This document shows, one piece after another, positions 29,669 to 36,918 of a stretch of DNA of 39,789 bases (its first letter is position 1; each line of letters begins with the position of its first letter). The notes under the pieces are model-generated. The model was not told the origin of the DNA and ran no database searches. It was given only the letters and a program-made list of their open reading frames with translations. The stretch spans positions 1-39,789 of the forward strand of contig JAFIER010000230.1 of assembly GCA_020832465.1 (NCBI GenBank), given 5' to 3'. The position numbers and the translations under genes were made by a program. This DNA is from Bernardetiaceae bacterium (GTDB taxonomy: Bacteria > Bacteroidota > Bacteroidia > Cytophagales > Bernardetiaceae).

Positions 29669-30140
29669 ATTTCTAAGGGGGTAAGAATTAAGTTAAGTTT
29701 TTGTGTACAATAGTTTTTTGTACGTAAAAAGAGGGGTTGGCGTTGTGTTTTTTTTGGATTGATTGCAACCGTCAAGAGGCTACCAATATGTAGTCCCTAA
29801 CGGGGCAAAAATGAACCTTTGCATCTGTAGCTACCAAGGTATACACCACCCCTCCCTCTTGGAACGTAGATACTCGATTTTCTCGAATAGTAAGTGCTTA
29901 GATTTGCTCATGATTCAACATAATTTTAAAGGTTATTAAGATTCCGAATTTACGAAACTTATGTGGATAAAGCAAAATTTATATAATTCTCATCTGAGCC
30001 AGAACCTTCTGCTTCAAGCTGCTGTAACTAAATACTCCTGCCTCAGTATTTAGCAACAGATATTACTTAAAAATTTTGATTACGCTAAAAAAACATAGAA
30101 AAAATTAGTAAAATTCGCAAAATTAGATTATATTTACACG

Positions 30141-30620
30141 GTGAAATGCGTTTTTTCAGATCGCAAATACCGTTTATTTACACTCGTTCAAAAACAACTA
30201 ATTGACTATTATATGATTACGGAAGTTGATAACAAATACTGGACTATTCAATACGACGAAGCCAATCAAATCATTCTTTGTGAATGGAAGGCAGAAGCGG
30301 AAGAATTAAATGATGAGTTATTTAAATCTGAAATGCGTGGGTATGCAGACATCGTAGAGAAATATCGTGCGCCTAAATTATTGCTCAATACACGCATTGG
30401 TTCTTATGCTCTCGCCCCAGATATACAAGAATGGGTAGCCACTGAAATAGCACCTCGCACCATGGGCGCAGGGCAGCGCAAAATGGCAATTATTCTTTCT
30501 GATAATTTGTTTGCACAAGTTTCAGTAGAGCAAATGTTGGAAGAAGGCGATATGCCGACCCTTATGCAACAGTATTTTGATGATAAGGAAGAAGCATTTG
30601 CTTGGCTGTGCGAAGACTAA
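30141..30620 (+). CDS. hypothetical protein, 159 aa (likely true start at MITEVDNKY)
   Basis: ORF only. Mixed alpha/beta-looking, acidic C-terminus, no motif recognised. Confidence 0.35.
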   Translation: MKCVFSDRKYRLFTLVQKQLIDYYMITEVDNKYWTIQYDEANQIILCEWKAEAEELNDELFKSEMRGYADIVEKYRAPKLLLNTRIGSYALAPDIQEWVATEIAPRTMGAGQRKMAIILSDNLFAQVSVEQMLEEGDMPTLMQQYFDDKEEAFAWLCED

Positions 30621-31098
30621 AAGCATCGCTTTTTTACATATTCTAACAAGCAGAGACCTTAGTAAAATCATTGCTAAGGTCTCTCTTTGCTTATAACAAG
30701 AATTATCATAGCTTCAACTTTTATGATCTTAGGTAGCAAATCAAATGAGCTAATGTTTGTTAATAGGTTGTGAAAAAGCCGTGCATTTTATATTGATGCG
30801 GTAGCGTACTCTCATACCCCAAAACGTGTCCTCTCGCCGTGTTTGTTATCTTCAGCAAATACCAAAGTATGTAGTTTTGAAATGTAGCCGAAAAAAGTTA
30901 TTTTGAAAGTTACTATAAAAGTGTGTAAAACTCCGAGCTAAAGTGTTATAAAAAGTCAATTTTTTTGATTAGCTTTGCATTTTAGAAATACTCACGCCTT
31001 TCTGAAGGCTTTATTGCATATTATCAGATTTAGGCATAATAATTTTATTAGTTTTGCTAAGGCTCGAGTTTGAATTTTAATAAAACAAAAGTATTGTA

Positions 31099-31659
31099 TT
31101 GTATATGATTTACCCAATAGTAGCTTACGGCTATCCCGTATTGCGCAAAAGAGCGGAGGATATTCCCAATGATGGTTCTGTAGATGTCAAAACTTTGAGT
31201 GAAAATATGTTTGAAACAATGTACGCCGCGCATGGGGTTGGGCTGGCTGGTCCTCAGATCGGATTAGCTAAGCGCATTTTTGTCGTAGATGGCGCAGCTA
31301 TGGATCCTGATTTAAAGGATTTTAAACAGGTTTTTATCAATGCAGAGTTGCTCGAAGAGGAGGGTGAAGCCTGGGGTTTTGAAGAGGGTTGCTTGAGCAT
31401 TCCACATATTAGAGAAGAGGTTTTTCGTCAGCCTAAGATTAAGATTCGTTTTTTTGATGAAAATTGGAAAGCACACGAAAAAGTTTATGAAGGTATAGCC
31501 GCCCGCATCGTACAACATGAGTACGACCATATAGAGGGTATTCTTTTCACCGATCACGTAGGGGGCTTGCGTAAGCAATTGCTCAAGACTAAGTTGGATA
31601 AAATTAGCAAAGGCAAAATTACAGTGGACTACCGTATGGCTTTTCCAAAGAAAAAATAA
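31099..31659 (+). CDS. def: peptide deformylase, 186 aa
   Basis: All three PDF motifs: GVGLAGPQIG, EGCLSIP, QHEYDHIEG (HExxH). Confidence 0.9.
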   Translation: MYMIYPIVAYGYPVLRKRAEDIPNDGSVDVKTLSENMFETMYAAHGVGLAGPQIGLAKRIFVVDGAAMDPDLKDFKQVFINAELLEEEGEAWGFEEGCLSIPHIREEVFRQPKIKIRFFDENWKAHEKVYEGIAARIVQHEYDHIEGILFTDHVGGLRKQLLKTKLDKISKGKITVDYRMAFPKKK

Positions 31660-31663
31660 AACT

Positions 31664-32638
31664 ATGATAAGCACAAAAAAAATTATCATTTTAGGGCTAT
31701 TAGTCATTGTTTTGAGTTTTTTTCATTTTGTAGAAGCACAGCGTATCGGTACAGGATTTTTGTTTCGTCCAGGTGTACATGCAGGGGCTGAATTTCTGCC
31801 CCCGACGCGCCTATCTGACAGTACAAATTTTGCTATGAGCCGTTATTATGCCAATTTTGTTGTGCCTATAGGGGGTAAAGTAGGTTTGGATATCAAAAAC
31901 TTGAGCCTTACGGCAACCCAGTCCTTTCTGACTATCAATGCAGGAGTACGCCGTCCGCAGGTAGATTATTTATTAGATGATGCCTTACTTTATAACCTCT
32001 CTTTGGGTATTACAGGTGTGAAAGCAGGGCTTTTTAAAGGTGTTTGGTTTTATACTGCCAATGTAGGCTTTGTTCAAGAAAGTAGTAGCCTAAGCGAACT
32101 TCACCCTTTTGGTATTGCTGCCTTAGCCAAGGTAAAAGTACGTGGCATACACAAACACGATATTTATGGTGCTGCGGTGCTTTATCAGTATCGCCGTTTT
32201 TTGCCCGTTCCGATTTTTGGCCTTAATCGCAAGCTATCTAAAAAGGTTTTTATGCAATTACTACTTCCCGTTTCGACGAATTTTACATATAAATTCAACA
32301 AAAAATTTAGCGTAGATTGGCTCACTGCTATTGCCAATTTCCGCACGGGCGTACGCACTAATCCCGCTTTTGCACTGCCGCCCGAAGCTGTAATGAATCC
32401 ATTAAATATGAACTACACACAAATCAAATCCGCACTGATAGCGAATATAGATTTGAGCAAAAGAGTAGTTTTGCAAGTAGAGGGTGGTTTGTCCTTTTTT
32501 CGTAACCTCTACCTGCTCGAAGGCAATAACGAGTATGTGCGTAGTACATTACCGGCAACGCCTTATTTAGGTGCATCATTTCGTATAGATATGGGCAAAT
32601 CCCTAATTGGCTCTCAACTTTTTGGTAATGATTTTTAG
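31664..32638 (+). CDS. hypothetical outer-membrane beta-barrel protein with signal peptide, 324 aa
   Basis: Signal peptide ILGLLVIVLSFFHFVEAQ. Amphipathic beta-strand pattern throughout. C-terminal ...FGNDF (aromatic terminus). Starts 5 bp after def. Confidence 0.45.
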   Translation: MISTKKIIILGLLVIVLSFFHFVEAQRIGTGFLFRPGVHAGAEFLPPTRLSDSTNFAMSRYYANFVVPIGGKVGLDIKNLSLTATQSFLTINAGVRRPQVDYLLDDALLYNLSLGITGVKAGLFKGVWFYTANVGFVQESSSLSELHPFGIAALAKVKVRGIHKHDIYGAAVLYQYRRFLPVPIFGLNRKLSKKVFMQLLLPVSTNFTYKFNKKFSVDWLTAIANFRTGVRTNPAFALPPEAVMNPLNMNYTQIKSALIANIDLSKRVVLQVEGGLSFFRNLYLLEGNNEYVRSTLPATPYLGASFRIDMGKSLIGSQLFGNDF

Positions 32639-32659
32639 TGCGTTTGCAGAAAAGTTCTA

Positions 32660-32694
32660 AAGAACTCACAGTGCTGGCAGCACTATGAGTTCTT
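32660..32694. terminator. hairpin aagaactcacagtgct-ggc-agcactatgagttctt between convergent genes
   Basis: 16-bp stem with one mismatch. Shares the GAACTCACA stem sequence with 7578-7608. Lies between 31664-32638 (+) and 32729-33967 (-). Confidence 0.4.
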
Positions 32695-32728
32695 TAAAAT
32701 TCTTTAAAACTTTTTACTTTCGCTACAG

Positions 32729-33967
32729 CTACTCTGGCAGGTAGAAAAGTCTGCTCATTTTTTCGGGTATCAAAATTTCTTGTGCAATATCCATCAAGAT
32801 TTTGGTTTCTATTTGCTCGATGCGTTCGAAAATATCTTGCATAGATAAATAAGGCTCCCCCGTAACAAGAGTTTTGCCAATGCCGAGCATTGTAGAGGAG
32901 TTGCTCTCTGCCCCCATAGCAATTTGTCCCATGAGTTGCTGTTTGGCAGTATGAAGTTGAATACTACCCAGCGGCACTTCACATAATTTTTTCAATTCTT
33001 TCTCAATGAGTTGTAGGCTTTTACCTAAATTTTTACTCTCTGTGGCGAAGTTGATAGTTGTGTATCCTACATCGCTAAAAGCGACATAAGAGGCATCGAC
33101 CCCATAAACAAGTCCGTGCCGTTCTCTTAAAATCATATTCAAGCGGGAGTTAAGCCCACTACCGCCAAGTAGATTGACAAGCATCATAAAAGGAATGAGT
33201 TTGTCTGTATCTGCAATAGAATAAGAAGGCAAACCAAGTACGGCATGCGATTGAGAAACAGGGCGATACACAATATGCTCTTGAGGCTGGTACTCGGCTG
33301 GGGGTAAACGCAACCTGCAACAAGTGCGAGGCGGGACATCTTTGATGTATTTTTCTACAATTTTTTTTACTGTTTTAAAATCCTGTGGAGAGACTACGGA
33401 GAGCACAAGCCTTTCTGTATCGAGGTGTTTCTCTATAAAATGTATAAAATCTTGCTTTTGAAACCGCTTTACGCTTTCTACCGTACCTAATATTTGCCTA
33501 CCGAGTGGGTGCTTGCCAAAAAATACTTCATCAAATTCATCATCAATGGCATCAGAGGGGTTGTCTCTATACATAGCCATTTCTTCTAAAATAACGCTTC
33601 TTTCCTTTTCTATTTCGCGCTCTGGAAAAATAGATTCGAACGTAATATCGCAAATAATATCTATTGCACGCTCTAAGTGTCGCTCGAGGACGGAGGCATA
33701 AAAGCAGATATGCTCTTTAGTTGTAAAGGCATTGAGATCACCACCGACGGCATCTATTCTATTTGAAATATGAAAAGCACGACGTTTTTTTGTACCTTTA
33801 AAAGCCATGTGTTCCCAAAAATGAGCCAAGCCTACTTCTTCTTCCTCTTCATCACGGCTACCGATATCCAAAACAATACCACAATGCGCTATTTGCGTAT
33901 GCAATGCTTGCTTATGGATTAAGCGAATACCATTCGCAAACTCATAAATAGAAAAATCTTCGTTCAT
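32729..33967 (-). CDS. M16-family (pitrilysin/insulinase-like) zinc peptidase, 412 aa
   Basis: Inverted zinc-binding motif HFWEHMAFKGT (HxxEH) near the N-terminus, with downstream Glu-rich region (ILEEM). Length and layout fit an M16 peptidase unit. Confidence 0.8.
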   Translation of the reverse strand: MNEDFSIYEFANGIRLIHKQALHTQIAHCGIVLDIGSRDEEEEEVGLAHFWEHMAFKGTKKRRAFHISNRIDAVGGDLNAFTTKEHICFYASVLERHLERAIDIICDITFESIFPEREIEKERSVILEEMAMYRDNPSDAIDDEFDEVFFGKHPLGRQILGTVESVKRFQKQDFIHFIEKHLDTERLVLSVVSPQDFKTVKKIVEKYIKDVPPRTCCRLRLPPAEYQPQEHIVYRPVSQSHAVLGLPSYSIADTDKLIPFMMLVNLLGGSGLNSRLNMILRERHGLVYGVDASYVAFSDVGYTTINFATESKNLGKSLQLIEKELKKLCEVPLGSIQLHTAKQQLMGQIAMGAESNSSTMLGIGKTLVTGEPYLSMQDIFERIEQIETKILMDIAQEILIPEKMSRLFYLPE

Positions 33968-34143
33968 AATATTATTTGAGTAGATGTACTGCTGTTTTTT
34001 ATCGTATAATCAACACAAAAAAAAGATTAATGTTGTATTTTTCATAGCAAAGATTTTTAAAAATTTTTGCTATGAAAAATAAAGCTGTAGATTAGCAGGC
34101 CAAGCAATCTTTACGTGCCAATATATTTTAAAAATTACTTTGC

Positions 34144-35319
34144 TTATTTTGTATCGATAAGTCCTCTTCCACTTTTCTTAATTTCTCCTGTGCTAAGTAG
34201 TTGTTCGGACATTTTATTAAGTACGCCATTAATAAATTCTCGGCTTTTGGGTGTGCTTAGGCTTTTAGCCAAATCTATATATTCATTGATAGTTACTTTG
34301 ATAGGAATACTTGGAAAATATACCATTTCTGTAACAGCCATGAGTAGAATAATTTTATCTATAAAAGCTACCCTTGATATATCCCAATTTACAAGCGAAT
34401 CTGCAATAATAGCAGAATATCTCAGTCTATTGGCTATAGTATTTGTAAAAAGTTCGTCGAAAAATATTCTATCTTCGTCCCAGTTTCGCGAGAGTTCAAA
34501 AATTTCTACGGGTTGTGGTTTTTCGAGGTCGAGGGCTTTGATTGTTTTGAGGGCAAGGGTTCTCAAAATGCTACGATTTTCTTGCCAGTTTAGGTCATGC
34601 TCTTCGAAATAGTCTTGTACAAACTCATTTCTAAACAAAAAGTCCCTTACAAGTTCTACGAGGAACTCTTGTTCCTCTTCAGGAGTATCTTCTGTAGGCT
34701 TTGTGATATATTTTTGATAAAACTCTTCTTGTTCGAGTTTTCGGAATGCACGCCTTACGAAATCTTTATCCCAATCAGAAACGAGTTTATCGAGAGTAGG
34801 GTTTTCGCTCAGTTTTTTAACGAGTTTGTTTTCTACAAACTTGAGTTCTTTTTTGAACGTAACACTTTCTAAAAGTTGTTTTTTATGGCGTTTTTCGTAT
34901 AGACTATGCTCGTGAAAATCAGCCATTTCTCTTATAAGCCTTAGTATTTGCAAGTATCTATCATGTAGCTCATCTGCTTCTTCGAGCATATATTTTCTAT
35001 AATTATCCTTATCTTTTTGGCATAGATTGCGATAATATATGATAGCTTCTTTTGCAATAGTAAGGTCTTTGGGTTTGGCTTCTGCAATATTTTCACCTTG
35101 TTGTTGCGCCTCGTTGAGGTAATTGAGTTTGAATACCGTTTGTGCGGCTTTCTCACCAGCGATTAGCTCTTCGGCGGGTATGGGTGTCATCGCATTGAGG
35201 TCGGGTTGATAGGCTTCTGCAATATACTCTAAGGCTAATTGATAATTAGCTTCTAAGGCTTGCTCATAAGCATATACAGCTTTTAAGGTCTTGAGTCGTA
35301 GGATTCTGCGATTTAGCAT
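34144..35319 (-). CDS. nusB: transcription antitermination factor NusB (long Bacteroidetes-type form), 391 aa
   Basis: N-terminus MLNRRILRLKTLKAVYAY and C-terminal NusB core INEYIDLAKSLSTPKSREFINGVLNKMSEQL...IKKSGRGLID. Confidence 0.65.
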   Translation of the reverse strand: MLNRRILRLKTLKAVYAYEQALEANYQLALEYIAEAYQPDLNAMTPIPAEELIAGEKAAQTVFKLNYLNEAQQQGENIAEAKPKDLTIAKEAIIYYRNLCQKDKDNYRKYMLEEADELHDRYLQILRLIREMADFHEHSLYEKRHKKQLLESVTFKKELKFVENKLVKKLSENPTLDKLVSDWDKDFVRRAFRKLEQEEFYQKYITKPTEDTPEEEQEFLVELVRDFLFRNEFVQDYFEEHDLNWQENRSILRTLALKTIKALDLEKPQPVEIFELSRNWDEDRIFFDELFTNTIANRLRYSAIIADSLVNWDISRVAFIDKIILLMAVTEMVYFPSIPIKVTINEYIDLAKSLSTPKSREFINGVLNKMSEQLLSTGEIKKSGRGLIDTK

Positions 35320-35529
35320 AAGCGCAATGGTATAGAACGTTTTTTTCTTGTCAAATTTGTAAAGAACTGCAAAACTACATTTTTTTTTTGAATCGTAAAA
35401 ATATAGATTGCGATTTTTTGTGTTTTATATCTAAAAAACTCTGACAAAGCCTGAGCGTATTCCTTAGTATTTCAATATGAAGAAATACTTATATACTTTG
35501 TTTTTGTACGTTTACAACCACTAAATGCA

Positions 35530-35730
35530 CTAATTACTGTCTTGACAAAACTTATCATAAGCGTCTGTTTTCATTATATCAATTTTATAATTCTCACTAT
35601 CTGTTTTTATAATCATTACGCTATCAAAACCAAGTTTATCTAATTTTTCAATCGTCGCCAGCTCGCCTTCTGAGAGCTGTAGAACTCTCCGTAAAAGCCA
35701 ATCAGAAAGTGCTTTATTGGGGTTTGTCAT
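35530..35730 (-). CDS. small hypothetical protein, 66 aa, third gene of the DUF3883 operon
   Basis: ORF starts 7 bp after the upstream ORF. No motif. Confidence 0.35.
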   Translation of the reverse strand: MTNPNKALSDWLLRRVLQLSEGELATIEKLDKLGFDSVMIIKTDSENYKIDIMKTDAYDKFCQDSN

Positions 35731-35736
35731 TAATGC

Positions 35737-36006
35737 CTACCCATTTTCGATATAATCAAAAATAAAATCGCTTAACTGTTCAAATTCTTCATCATGTTTC
35801 AGTATTATTCTTGAAGAAAGTTTACTTACCCAAGCTTGAATTTCTGCCTTTGAGCTAAGATTGGATAAAAACTTAAAATTTGGATTTTCTATCTCAAAGT
35901 TTCCTAAATAATTTAAAATATCGCCTTTGAAAGTGTCTGCATAACTTTCTATATCTCGGTCTAAATACTCTTCTAAATACGATATTTTTTCAGCCAAGCT
36001 TAACAT
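35737..36006 (-). CDS. small acidic hypothetical protein, 89 aa
   Basis: Overlaps the upstream DUF3883 gene by 7 bp (translational coupling). No motif. Confidence 0.4.
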   Translation of the reverse strand: MLSLAEKISYLEEYLDRDIESYADTFKGDILNYLGNFEIENPNFKFLSNLSSKAEIQAWVSKLSSRIILKHDEEFEQLSDFIFDYIENG

Positions 36007-36782
36007 ATATCCGAAATTAAATGATACTCTTTTTTTTGTTTTGGTTTAATAATTTTCTCGATAAACTTCAAATTTTTAATAGGATTCTCAATTAGCAAAA
36101 AAGTTGGCAAGTCATTTAGATTTAGAACCACAGAAACGACATAATTTTGCTTATATTTAGAAGCCATTTTAAACTCTTTTTCAGTTAATCTGAACTTGCC
36201 TTTTTTCTCACGAATGCCTTTGACTTCCGCCAAATAGGTGCTATCATTTACATTGATTTGAAAATCATACCCATCTCCAAACAATCTGGCATCTTCTAAA
36301 GTGCCATTTTTAAATATCTCGAGAGAGTCAAAATTATTCATAAAATACAATTCAGCTTCTAATCCTGTTTTTTGTAATTTTTTAAATCTTGATTTTACAA
36401 TAGGCGTTACATCAGCAGAAATACTTTTTATCTTATAATTTTTTCTCAAATAGAGTTTTACAATATTAGCATAGCTTTTTGCCGACTCTTTTCCAAAAAG
36501 ATTATCTATTAAATGCTTTCTATGAATATAGGCATCTCCCTTCTGCCACCAACCTTTTCTTCCGTTATTTGGAAAAAAAGGATCGAATAAATCCATTCTA
36601 TTCTTGACCACACTACCCGTTTTGACAATTCCAATTTCAACAAAATAGTTAAAAAAGTCAGTTTTTGTAGTAAAGCCAAATTCTTGAATAAATTCAATAT
36701 CAAACTTAGATAATCCATAACCAAGCAAATTCAAAATTTCATAGTTTTGATGTTTGCTGCTTTCTTGTTTCATAGAGTACAA
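36000..36782 (-). CDS. DUF3883-like (restriction-endonuclease-fold) domain protein, 260 aa
   Basis: C-terminal half GLEAELYFMNNF...GDGYDFQINVNDSTYLAEVKGI...FRLTEKEFKMASKYKQNYVVSVVLNL matches the DUF3883 pattern (G.eaE / GyDf.i / EVKg / lt.nE..A / Y.v.vV.n). Confidence 0.6.
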   Translation of the reverse strand: MYSMKQESSKHQNYEILNLLGYGLSKFDIEFIQEFGFTTKTDFFNYFVEIGIVKTGSVVKNRMDLFDPFFPNNGRKGWWQKGDAYIHRKHLIDNLFGKESAKSYANIVKLYLRKNYKIKSISADVTPIVKSRFKKLQKTGLEAELYFMNNFDSLEIFKNGTLEDARLFGDGYDFQINVNDSTYLAEVKGIREKKGKFRLTEKEFKMASKYKQNYVVSVVLNLNDLPTFLLIENPIKNLKFIEKIIKPKQKKEYHLISDIC

Positions 36783-36918
36783 TTAAGTGTGGATTTTTTA
36801 CTTCTGATTCACTTACAGACTAAGCAAATATACATACAAAAATCAAAAATGCAAAGCAATGACAAAAAAAACTCTGACAAAATTTTAAAATCTTGTCAGA
36901 GTTTTGAGTGAATAGTTT

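Noticed and set aside
29776-30140. Possible tRNA or tmRNA in the 365-bp intergenic region (contains the palindrome ctaaatact...agtatttag)
   Set aside because: No T-loop-like GTTCRANYC or acceptor/anticodon geometry could be found by eye. It is treated as a promoter or 5' region of the caspase-fusion gene.
30621-31098. 478-bp AT-rich non-coding stretch upstream of def, a possible sRNA or leader
   Set aside because: No convincing stem-loops, repeats or conserved-looking motifs were seen. It is probably just a long promoter or UTR region and cannot be assessed without expression data.
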